NCBI GenBank assembly: GCA_048938105.1
Contig: JBHLMN010000007.1
Location: 192,001-256,000 of the forward strand
Source of the DNA: Promethearchaeota archaeon
GTDB lineage: Archaea > Asgardarchaeota > Heimdallarchaeia > Hodarchaeales > Hodarchaeaceae
Direction of reading: 5' to 3'
Length of the DNA: 64,000 nt
Shown: piece by piece, positions 30,208 to 39,220 of the stretch
Numbering within the stretch: position 1 is the first letter of the stretch
How the letters are laid out: each line of letters begins with the position of its first letter
Translations under genes and position numbers: made by a program
The notes under the pieces: model-generated
What the model was told of the DNA's origin: nothing
Seen by the model: only the letters and a program-made list of their open reading frames with translations
The model's database searches: none

Positions 30208-31149
30208 TTGAACGAAGAAATCTCTCTTTGTGGATTTAATTGTGGTATCTGTCCAGCCTACAAGGTCAACCTCAAAACCGATGAAGATCGGAAATTGGTG
30301 GATGAAGGATGGAAAAAGTTCCATCGAACTGGTGGATGGATTTATAAGGAACCTTATTGTGAAGGGTGTTTTAATGTTCCTGAAAAAGCACCCCTATGGA
30401 GTAGGTGCCCCATTAGAAGATGTGTTTTAACCAACAAAGTAGAGAATTGTGGGTATTGTCCTGATTATCCTTGTTCACGCCTTAAAAATATAATTTACAT
30501 AACTAAAAAGATCGCTGAAAGAACTAAAAAAAGCGGAACTAAAGATGATTTCGAAAAATTTGCGTTGCCTTTCTTAGGGGAACAAAAATTGGAGGAAATG
30601 CATCAAGAATTCATTAAAACTGTCCAAAACAACGAGTTTCAACCAGTGAATGCTCATACTATAATTTTTCCAGAAGAATTGAATCTGAAGACCTTTTCAG
30701 AAACGCAAATTGAACTAGAGAAATCCATAGAGACTCTTCAATATCTACATACAACTCTCGAAAGTATGTTGACATTGCATTGTAAAACACCTGGTGGGCA
30801 AGAACAAGAATTAAAGCAAAACAAAGAAAATTTGAAGTTTCTTTGGGTTATTGGGAGGTATGGGAAACTCATAACAAGCACTGATGAGTCTTCAATCGAG
30901 ATCACAGCAAAGGAAATCAAAAAATACCTTAAGTATGGAAAATACAGGACAACGAACAAACTAGAGACATTAGCAAGACATGGAATAAAGGGGGATTTTA
31001 TTGAAGATAAAATCACGATAATGTTCACAAAGAAACCAGATGCAGCTTTTGCACTCCAAAAATACATAACGACGCTCCTTGAAAACATCAGCGAAAGAAG
31101 GGCGTTTACAAAATTTTGGAAGGCTGATATGAACGTTTTTTGTAGTTAG
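30208..31149 (+). CDS. DUF3795-type Cys-rich protein with C-terminal extension
   Basis: CGFNCGICP, CEGC, CPIRRC, NCGYCPDYPC. Confidence 0.75.
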   Translation: MNEEISLCGFNCGICPAYKVNLKTDEDRKLVDEGWKKFHRTGGWIYKEPYCEGCFNVPEKAPLWSRCPIRRCVLTNKVENCGYCPDYPCSRLKNIIYITKKIAERTKKSGTKDDFEKFALPFLGEQKLEEMHQEFIKTVQNNEFQPVNAHTIIFPEELNLKTFSETQIELEKSIETLQYLHTTLESMLTLHCKTPGGQEQELKQNKENLKFLWVIGRYGKLITSTDESSIEITAKEIKKYLKYGKYRTTNKLETLARHGIKGDFIEDKITIMFTKKPDAAFALQKYITTLLENISERRAFTKFWKADMNVFCS

Positions 31150-31192
31150 ATGAAACGAACTTCGACCCCCAAAATTTCGTTCAACTTAAGCA

Positions 31193-32023
31193 CTATTCTG
31201 TGGAATCCGATTGAGGTTCACGGAACTCTCCAAGAATCTCCTTTGGTAAAGCGTAAAATCCGGTTAAAAGAATAGCTAGTGCAACTAAATATATGTGAAA
31301 CCATACATACCAGACATATTTCAGTTCTTCAAAGTGCCAAGGAGCCCAAGCAAGATACGCTATCCCAAAGAGCGTGAATCCTATTGTTATAACCTTTGGT
31401 GAATTTAACCCTGCACCTTTACCATAGTGATACCATAGAAGAGCCAAAATAAAGGCCATTGGTACAAATTCCCAATATAAAAAGCCATACATTGTCAATT
31501 CAATGTCATCAAGCAATACTAAACCTATGAAAAACCAGATTTCTCCTACTAGAAAAATCAAAAGAGCAGCAAGGTAGGTACATTTAGGACAATCTGTCAT
31601 AAGTTTAGTTACACCAATCCACATTCCCGCGACCCAGAGGATCATGGGCGTTCGCCATATTAAAAAGATTAATGGATCAGTCATATCTGCAAACCCGAAA
31701 CCCCAGGCTTGTAATAATAAACCAAGCATAGTTATTGAATAAACAAGGAAAGAAGAACCCCATATGAGCTGAAAAGGAGCTTGTTCTAGGGGTCTAGCTT
31801 TAGTAAAATAACGATAAAGTAAGTACCCTCCAATGATAAGGAGGAGTATAAATCCCACCAAGGAAACCCCAAATAAATCATAAGAAGTTGTTATCTCAGG
31901 AACAGAAAACCCATGGGGTTTAGCTATAACTATAAGAGTAGTAACCATATATATTATAACTATTATAACAATATACCCGCTATTTCGGGTAATAAAATCA
32001 GAAATATCTTTTTTTAATGACAT
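31193..32023 (-). CDS. Uncharacterised ~8-TM membrane protein (paralog of 33058-33846)
   Basis: Repeated hydrophobic helices; shares WG.SFL.Y.I, D.T.P.IF..W, G.WIG, E.WFF.GL..LD.I, FVP.A, PW with the paralog. Confidence 0.75.
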   Translation of the reverse strand: MSLKKDISDFITRNSGYIVIIVIIYMVTTLIVIAKPHGFSVPEITTSYDLFGVSLVGFILLLIIGGYLLYRYFTKARPLEQAPFQLIWGSSFLVYSITMLGLLLQAWGFGFADMTDPLIFLIWRTPMILWVAGMWIGVTKLMTDCPKCTYLAALLIFLVGEIWFFIGLVLLDDIELTMYGFLYWEFVPMAFILALLWYHYGKGAGLNSPKVITIGFTLFGIAYLAWAPWHFEELKYVWYVWFHIYLVALAILLTGFYALPKEILGEFREPQSDSTE

Positions 32024-32363
32024 GATTTATCAACCTTGGGTTAAATTGTGAACAGAGGTTTTAATATTACCTCTTATACTAATATAAGTATTTTCTCCTA
32101 AATAACTACAAATCTTCTGTTATGAAATAAATATGCTTAGATTCTCAACAGAAGACTTTATGGACTTAATAACGCTTTCTAACTCTTTATATAAAAAATT
32201 AAGATCGAATAACGACAGATAAATGTCACTTCTTCCAGTAGAGAATAAGAACGTAGATTGAAAGATTCTTATGATGATTCGTCCTTGATAGTTGGATTTG
32301 CTTCTTCAGGTAGGAAGTTACGCTCAAATAAAGACAATAATATTCATTTAAATTCGAGATTTC

Positions 32364-32906
32364 TTATCTTTCTGAGACAACAATCTTAAGAGCATTCAAA
32401 AACTCTTTCTTTGTTTCTGGAAAATTCTGTTCAAAGAATGCAAGTGAGATCATTGTTCTTGTACGCGCAACGCCTTCCATTTGTGAAATCTTTACTAAAT
32501 TAACTCGAAGAGTATCAATGGTTCTAGTGCGCATTTTCACCAGTATATCTTCTTGACCTGCCACATAATGAATTTCTACAAGTTCTAGTTCCTTCATTCT
32601 AGATATAAGCTTTGTATGAACGTCTATATGTCCATGAAAGAGGTCACCAAATGTTTGCAGTTCAATTAAGATGAAAGCAGTAATTTCTTTCCCAAGCTTC
32701 TTGTCATTTACTAAAACTGCGTACTTAATAACACCTTCATTCTCTAATTTTTTGATTCGCTTCTGAATCGATTGTCTCGAGAGCTTTACCTTTTTTTTAA
32801 GCAGTTCGTCTACAATTGCTTTATGAGTAATTTTGGGTTTCTTTTGTAGGATTCTTATGATGTCTCTATCTTTAGAATCAAGCGTAATCTTGTTATCAAA
32901 ACTCAA
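32364..32906 (-). CDS. Lrp/AsnC-family transcriptional regulator
   Basis: LDSKDRDIIRILQ...SIQKRIKKLENEGVIK; VAGQEDILVK; GVARTRTMI. Confidence 0.9.
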   Translation of the reverse strand: MSFDNKITLDSKDRDIIRILQKKPKITHKAIVDELLKKKVKLSRQSIQKRIKKLENEGVIKYAVLVNDKKLGKEITAFILIELQTFGDLFHGHIDVHTKLISRMKELELVEIHYVAGQEDILVKMRTRTIDTLRVNLVKISQMEGVARTRTMISLAFFEQNFPETKKEFLNALKIVVSER

Positions 32907-33057
32907 TTTTTTTAACCTCGAAAGAAGCTGAGTGCAACTTTGGGTATTTAAAATTATTTACTCAAGGTTGAAAACAGCTCCATAAAATTATATTGGTGCT
33001 ATATTAAAATTTAAATAAGTAACAAGATGTAAGCTTACTTGGATAGGAGTTGATAAT

Positions 33058-33846
33058 ATGAAGACTGAAAATTATCACGCGAATTGGTTTCAACAAATTG
33101 TTGAGTTTGGACGTACTCGTCCTTGGGTACCGTTGATCGGTCTAATATATATTTTCTTGGCTACATTTGCGTTTACACGCCCTGAAGCTCTTCTTACCCC
33201 TGAATTAAATATTCAATTAGGTTTATCTTTTAGTGCATTTCTTTTATTAACAGTAACTGGTTTATATTTACTCTCTAATAATTATAAATCTGTTTGGGGT
33301 GTTTCATTCCTATTGTACGCCATTTCATTTCTAGGAATCTGCCTGAAGGTCCTTAACTTCCCTTTTACAGACATAACAAATCCAATAATTTTCCATCTGT
33401 GGTTATTGCCTCTAGTCTTTTTTGTTTCTGGTGTGTGGATTGGTATTAGTCATCTTATCTTAGAAAACAGAAAGTTCAACTATTTTCCAGCCCTTTTTAT
33501 CCTTTTATTAAGTGAAGGATGGTTTTTTGCCGGCTTATTCATATTAGATAATATCCCATTGGCATTATTCGGATTTAACTATGGTTTATTTGTTCCAGTG
33601 GCATTAATGGTTTCATATATCTGGTTTCGCTTTGGAAGGGTCTCGGATTCCATCTCTCCTTGGTTATTAGCCTTCGGTTTCTTATTAATGGTCATTATTA
33701 ACCTTTTCTGGAGTCCCTGGCTTATCAGTGATCTTGATAAAGTGTATAGTGTTCTTTTGGCTCTTTTCGATGTCTCTCTTGTAGTAATTCTTAGTGGTTT
33801 TCTCATCTTAACAAAAGATCTAATAAGAATTAAGCATCAAGTTTAA
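33058..33846 (+). CDS. Uncharacterised ~8-TM membrane protein (paralog of 31193-32023)
   Basis: GGAG SD; hydrophobic helices and motifs shared with the paralog. Confidence 0.75.
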   Translation: MKTENYHANWFQQIVEFGRTRPWVPLIGLIYIFLATFAFTRPEALLTPELNIQLGLSFSAFLLLTVTGLYLLSNNYKSVWGVSFLLYAISFLGICLKVLNFPFTDITNPIIFHLWLLPLVFFVSGVWIGISHLILENRKFNYFPALFILLLSEGWFFAGLFILDNIPLALFGFNYGLFVPVALMVSYIWFRFGRVSDSISPWLLAFGFLLMVIINLFWSPWLISDLDKVYSVLLALFDVSLVVILSGFLILTKDLIRIKHQV

Positions 33847-33863
33847 GATACAAGATCTTCCTC

Positions 33864-33905
33864 TAAGACTAGAGGAAAACTCCAAGATTTTACCCTCTAG
33901 TCTTA
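33864..33905. terminator. Inverted repeat between convergent genes (candidate bidirectional terminator)
   Basis: TAAGACTAGAGG-N18-CCTCTAGTCTTA, 12-bp perfect stem. Confidence 0.5.
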
Positions 33906-34739
33906 TTCCTTTAAAAGGTATTTAATGGCATCCTGAATAGCTTCCCGTATGCCTTTCTTCGGGGCGTTATATCCCCAACCTATTTCTTTCCCATTGATGA
34001 AAATCGCTCTGGAAATTTGATATTTTTCGAAAATCTGTCTATCATCAGTGAAATATTCATGTAAAATGACATCGTCTCCAAATTCTAAAGCAACCTCCCT
34101 TACACGTTGTGCCTCAATGGGCTTACAAAAAGTATCAATGAAAAGATCAATTACTACCTTTCCCTTCACAGCATGAAAATGATAGTTAGGTTCTGGAAAA
34201 CACGGCCGTTCGGCTGATTCATCGAAAACTTTCCAAAGAATTGCCTCTTCATCTAAGAAATCTTTTTCTCCTTCTTTTGTCACTTTTTTACATACGATGA
34301 GGGTAAACCCGTGTTTTTCATAAAACAACCCAGGCATAAACCAAAAATCCTCATAATAATAAGCACAAACTACTAACGCTTTCTTCCCTGCTTTTTTAGT
34401 CTCTTCTTCTGCAGCTTGAAGCAATATACGCCCTATTCCCTTACCTCTTACATTAACAGCCACGTGTTGGCAAAGGATAACCATCAGATCTTTTCCGAGT
34501 GGTCCCCAATGTGAGGACTCTATTGGGATCATATGCAGGAAACCGACTGGTTTTTCATCAAAAAATGCTACTTTTGTTCTAAAACCCTTCAAGCGCATTT
34601 TTTTGTACCATGCACTCCGCTCCTCCGCAGCTAGATCACTTTCTTCTGATTCATGAACATGTGAACAGGTAGCTGTATAATACTGCCCCTCCTTCCCAGC
34701 ATTTTCAAAATTTTTGATTACTATGGCTATCATTTTCAA
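33903..34739 (-). CDS. GNAT N-acetyltransferase with C-terminal thioredoxin-like domain
   Basis: VRGKGIGRILL acetyl-CoA loop; FYEKHGF; AIFINGKEI. Confidence 0.8.
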   Translation of the reverse strand: MKMIAIVIKNFENAGKEGQYYTATCSHVHESEESDLAAEERSAWYKKMRLKGFRTKVAFFDEKPVGFLHMIPIESSHWGPLGKDLMVILCQHVAVNVRGKGIGRILLQAAEEETKKAGKKALVVCAYYYEDFWFMPGLFYEKHGFTLIVCKKVTKEGEKDFLDEEAILWKVFDESAERPCFPEPNYHFHAVKGKVVIDLFIDTFCKPIEAQRVREVALEFGDDVILHEYFTDDRQIFEKYQISRAIFINGKEIGWGYNAPKKGIREAIQDAIKYLLKE

Positions 34740-34765
34740 CTACAAATTTAACTAAACTTAAGCAT

Positions 34766-35245
34766 TTAGAGTCTTTTGACCATATTGAATCCAGTATCAA
34801 CCTCTTGGATCACAGTATACCCTAGGTGTTCATATAATCGTTTAGCATCTGTATTGTGTCTAAAGACATGTAAGAGAATAGCTTTGAAACCAAGATTTTT
34901 CACTTCTTTCTCTAATATTTGTAGAGTTTGTGTCCCAAATCCTTTGTTACGATGCTCCAGAAAAACCTCGATGTCAGCAAGAAAAGTATATTTCTTCTTC
35001 TGCTCATGAATATACCAAATATGGCCGAGATTTTGATCACTAGAAGTATCCTTAATGAAACCAATGAATACATCAGGAGTTTCATAACCTTTAGGTAAGT
35101 GTGCTTCGATTTGCAATTCAGTCTGCATTTTGGCTTCTTCTATTCCAACTCCTTTTGATTTGGCATAATCGTGACTAGATTCATTGATTGTTGATTCTAT
35201 ATAATTTTCGAATTCTTGCTTAGTCATCTTCACAAATTCAATCAT
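34766..35245 (-). CDS. GNAT N-acetyltransferase
   Basis: HRNKGFGTQTL, LHVFRHNTDAKRLYEHLGY; start moved to MIEFVKM after a GGTGA SD. Confidence 0.85.
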   Translation of the reverse strand: MIEFVKMTKQEFENYIESTINESSHDYAKSKGVGIEEAKMQTELQIEAHLPKGYETPDVFIGFIKDTSSDQNLGHIWYIHEQKKKYTFLADIEVFLEHRNKGFGTQTLQILEKEVKNLGFKAILLHVFRHNTDAKRLYEHLGYTVIQEVDTGFNMVKRL

Positions 35246-35553
35246 TCGTAATTCACCAATTCTTCTAATAAAGTCAAATTCCATTTCTGATATTAGGATT
35301 GTTCCAAAGATTGGGAATCCTTTTTGCATTGATTTGGATTGGGGTGATTTCGGCTAGAATGCTTTTTTTGAATCGATCTGTTTTTCAAAAAGCTCAAAAT
35401 TAATCAGCTAAGGGAGGACCTCTTTTTAAAAATCAAAAGGCTTTCATTTAGTTTGCATTTATCACAATTAGTATATAATTCAATTCAAAAAGTTATGGAA
35501 AAGCATTTATAGAATTTTCTGGTCATTTTTGAGACTTAGAACGAAATTGTGGT

Positions 35554-36456
35554 TTGATCATGATGGAAAGATTAGGGTTTGCTTCTGTTTCTAGAAGTTT
35601 TGACATTGAAACCCAGATATTTGTTGCAAGTATTCGTCAGTTTGCTGGAAACTTATCTAACTCTCCAATATGGGTGTTTAGTCCAAGATCTGAGGATGAA
35701 ATTCCCCAGAAAATAAAGGAACGTTTCTTATCATTAGATGTTAAGATTATTCCGTTTTCAACCAATCCTGAATTGAGGGAATTTCCTTTTACAACATATG
35801 TTCGTATTACAGCTGAAGCAGAGTCATTTGTAAAAGATAAAGTTGAGATCCTTACTTGGCTCCTTCCTGATACGTTAATAATTAACGCACCAAAACATTT
35901 TCTACTAGATAGAAAGAAAAATCTAGGCTACCGACCAGTTCACCACACTTTAGTTGGATCGATATATAGTGAGCCAATTGACCCATTTTGGGATTTAATC
36001 TATCATAAGTGTAATGTGAGCGAAGATATGATCTTTCCAATGAAAACCCATGTTGATCATAACATTCTTCGCCCTTATTTTAATGCAGGATTTCTGATTG
36101 TGAGACCTGAGAAAGGTTTACTTCAATCATGGTGGAAATATTTCAAAGAATTATATCGCGACCCATCATTTGAGGAATTTTATCAAAAAGATAAGCGCTA
36201 CAAGATCTTCATGCACCAAGCAGTTTTAGCTGGTGTCATTCTTTCGATTATGGAAAAAGAGGAACTTCAGGAACTTCCATTTAGTTATAATTATCCATTG
36301 CACTTATACCATGAAAGTCCAAAAGATTGCCGCCCTCAGAACATTAATGATCTGGTCACAGCACGATATGAGGAAATAGAATGGTTAAGCAAAGTTCCAA
36401 TTCAAGAACCTCTAAAAACTTGGATAACAGAACAGATTAAAGCATTTACTCAATAA
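35554..36456 (+). CDS. Hypothetical protein, GT8 glycosyltransferase-like
   Basis: YFNAGFLIVRP, FMHQAVL, LPFSYNYP resemble GT8 motifs; DxD position degenerate (LPDT). Confidence 0.5.
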   Translation: MIMMERLGFASVSRSFDIETQIFVASIRQFAGNLSNSPIWVFSPRSEDEIPQKIKERFLSLDVKIIPFSTNPELREFPFTTYVRITAEAESFVKDKVEILTWLLPDTLIINAPKHFLLDRKKNLGYRPVHHTLVGSIYSEPIDPFWDLIYHKCNVSEDMIFPMKTHVDHNILRPYFNAGFLIVRPEKGLLQSWWKYFKELYRDPSFEEFYQKDKRYKIFMHQAVLAGVILSIMEKEELQELPFSYNYPLHLYHESPKDCRPQNINDLVTARYEEIEWLSKVPIQEPLKTWITEQIKAFTQ

Positions 36457-36479
36457 TAAGTTGAGTCAAGTGATTTAAA

Positions 36480-37058
36480 ATGAATACATCTAATAAAGTG
36501 AAATTTGGAAAAGTACCACTTGTATTCCCAATCCCAATAATTTTGGCTGGAGCACTTGTTCACGGAAAACCAAATTTTGAAACCTTAGGCGATGTTGGAA
36601 TAATGGGGATAAAGCCTCCTATTGTCTATATATCTTCTGGGCAAGATCACTATACAAATATAGGGATTCTTGAACATGGAACGTTCAGTATTAATTTTCC
36701 GTCTACTACACTTCTCGCAATAACTGATTATTGTGGAACTGTATCTGGGCATGATGTCGATAAGTCTCAACTATTCAGTGTGTTTTTTGGACAATTAGCC
36801 ACAGCTCCAATGATTCAGGAATGTCCAGTAAATCTGGAATGTAAAGTTATCAGAGAATTCACGATTCGGCATAGACAAATCTTTATTGGAGACGTTACCC
36901 AGGCTTATGTCAATGAAGAATTTGTTGTTAAGAATGAAGACCGCTCAAGAATAACAGACATGATAAAACTAGATCCTATAATCTATGCTTTGGATAACCG
37001 ATATTACAAAATTGGTCAACGTATTGGGGTTGGATATCAAGAATATAAGAAATTATGA
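36480..37058 (+). CDS. Flavin reductase / flavoredoxin family protein
   Basis: FSINFP, DYCGTVSGHDVDKS, APMIQECPVNLECKV, IFIGDV. Confidence 0.88.
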   Translation: MNTSNKVKFGKVPLVFPIPIILAGALVHGKPNFETLGDVGIMGIKPPIVYISSGQDHYTNIGILEHGTFSINFPSTTLLAITDYCGTVSGHDVDKSQLFSVFFGQLATAPMIQECPVNLECKVIREFTIRHRQIFIGDVTQAYVNEEFVVKNEDRSRITDMIKLDPIIYALDNRYYKIGQRIGVGYQEYKKL

Positions 37059-37175
37059 TGCTAAAAATTGGTCTTCATCATCAGTTTTATTTTTTGGCTC
37101 TTTATCCAATTTATATCGATTAAAGGCCATCATAAAAGCCTCTGGAGTCGTTAATTTAATTCGATCAGTACGCAT
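37053..37175 (-). CDS. Putative small protein (40 aa)
   Basis: MRTDRIKLTTPEAFMMAFNRYKLDKEPKNKTDDEDQFLAS*; GAGGT SD about 10 nt upstream; below the ORF-track cutoff. Confidence 0.5.
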   Translation of the reverse strand: MRTDRIKLTTPEAFMMAFNRYKLDKEPKNKTDDEDQFLAS

Positions 37176-37478
37176 TTTCTTTGTCTACCTCATTTTATCG
37201 AATATTCCTCTAGTGTAAAAACAAATATAATATCCAGGGAAGAGAACAAAGAACCAATTTTACATACAATCTTTTAACTACTAGTAAGACGCAATCATAA
37301 AAGAATAAGGTGCTACTTTGTATTTTATTTTATCCGTTATTAGGTTTAAGGGCTTGTTAACCCTATTGTATTTATGAGATCAAATTAAACTGATACTTAA
37401 CCTCAATTCATTCCTTTTTTTCAAAAATAACGGAATTTCCCCAAAAATATGATTGTAATCAGAACTACCCATTTCTAG

Positions 37479-38276
37479 TCACAAAATTGTGATAAGAATT
37501 AATGTCATAATACCTACTAAAATAAAAACTAATCCCATGGCTATCATTAGACTATTCTCATTTAATTTGTGAGAAATAAATATAGAACCAAAACTACCAC
37601 CAACAATAGCACCGAGACTAACTATAATCCCGTATTCAAGGTTGATATAACCCTGAATTGAATATCCTATTACACCAGATAAGGCAATGATTGCCATAAT
37701 TGCAGTTGCTGTCCCAATAGCAGTATGTGGAGGATACTGAAAAAGAATCAATAATACGAACATAATCATCATTCCTCCTCCTGCTCCAAATATACCACTC
37801 ATTAAACCAATAAATAATCCAATCAATAATATAATTATTTTTTTCTGCTTTTCTGATTTAAAATTATACCTTTGTGATTCTACTATAGTTTCTTTATGTT
37901 TAATCTTTCTGGCACCTCGAAGTAATATTATAGCTCCGATACTGATAAAAATAATGCAAACCGAGTAGCTTAAGGAAGCTTCACTAGTATTCACAGCAAT
38001 GAGAACTCCTAATTGAGAACCCACTAGGGCACTGATAATTAATAATAAACTTGCGGTTAAATCAACTGTTTTCTTACGAAAAAAAGATAATGCCACAACT
38101 GACGCACCGATCATATCGATAAAAAGACTTGTACCAATCGCAGCATAGATAGGTGTCGAATAAACTAACATTAGAATTGGAATTACAAATACCGATCCGC
38201 TTACTCCAATAATACTGATAATGAGTCCTACGGCTAATCCTAATATTATAAGCCCACTGGTAAGTAAAAAATCCAA
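37479..38276 (-). CDS. TauE/SafE (TSUP) sulfite exporter family protein
   Basis: GVSGSVFVIP, AIGTSL, SGIFGAGGG, AIGTA internal repeat. Confidence 0.88.
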   Translation of the reverse strand: MDFLLTSGLIILGLAVGLIISIIGVSGSVFVIPILMLVYSTPIYAAIGTSLFIDMIGASVVALSFFRKKTVDLTASLLLIISALVGSQLGVLIAVNTSEASLSYSVCIIFISIGAIILLRGARKIKHKETIVESQRYNFKSEKQKKIIILLIGLFIGLMSGIFGAGGGMMIMFVLLILFQYPPHTAIGTATAIMAIIALSGVIGYSIQGYINLEYGIIVSLGAIVGGSFGSIFISHKLNENSLMIAMGLVFILVGIMTLILITIL

Positions 38277-38560
38277 TTCGTTTTCGCCATACCTTGAAGA
38301 ATTGTAGAAGCATTCTTATGATTAATTCAATTGGTTTTTCCTTGATGGAAAGGATCTTTTTCACTTTAAAACCCGAGAGAAACTCGAAAACAAGACCCTG
38401 AAAGGTTAAAATACTCGTTAATGTCAATATTATCATATAATTTATAAGCCTAAATGCTATTCTTATTCATAGACAATATCTGTTTACAAGAGTGACATTA
38501 GTGGCACCTGTAACACATGAAATATCTTAATAAGATTAACGATTAATAGGAATAGAATTT

Positions 38561-39034
38561 ATGTCTAATTTTAAACAATATGAGTATAAACATAAGGCTA
38601 GAGTGTCTACAAAGGATAGAGAGATTAGGGGGCAACAACAATGGCTAGAAGATCGTCTCACGTATCTTCAAAAGGTTGAAGAATATAATTTACTCATTAA
38701 AGAAATCTTCGTATGCCATAAATGTGGAAAAAGGATAACAAAACCTGACTGGGTTTACACGAAAGAAGTTCACTCTCCTGGTGAGAATAAGAAAATACAT
38801 TATTATCACTCCAAACGTCAATGTAATCCCCAATACAATAGAATATGTCTTTATTGTGGAAAAAGCTTTCGTATAAAACGAAAGACCCAAAAGCTCTGTT
38901 CCAAGAAATGTTCAGTAAATTATATGACTAGTCCAATTCTTATTAGACAATGTTCCGCCTGTGGGAAAGAATTCAAAATTCGTTTGATTAAGAATAACGA
39001 AAATAATGAAAAATATTGCCCACATTGTCGTTAG
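38561..39034 (+). CDS. Basic multi-zinc-finger protein
   Basis: CHKC, H..C, CLYCGKSF...CSKKC, CSACGKEF...CPHC. Confidence 0.7.
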   Translation: MSNFKQYEYKHKARVSTKDREIRGQQQWLEDRLTYLQKVEEYNLLIKEIFVCHKCGKRITKPDWVYTKEVHSPGENKKIHYYHSKRQCNPQYNRICLYCGKSFRIKRKTQKLCSKKCSVNYMTSPILIRQCSACGKEFKIRLIKNNENNEKYCPHCR

Positions 39035-39220
39035 CAAACGAATTAGGTTTTTTTCTGAGTCTATTATTTCTCCCTAGGAACATCAAAAACCATGGATAAT
39101 TAAAGGTTCATTCTAATAAATGAAGACGTAAACTAAGAACTCGAATTCTTGCTAAGTTAAAATTTATCTCGCAAAAAACAACCTCACCATTTTTATTTTT
39201 AGCAGTTAGTTTAAGAGAAT

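Noticed and set aside
31193-33846. Rhodopsins (helio-/schizorhodopsin)
   Set aside because: No retinal-binding Lys motif in the final helix of either paralog.
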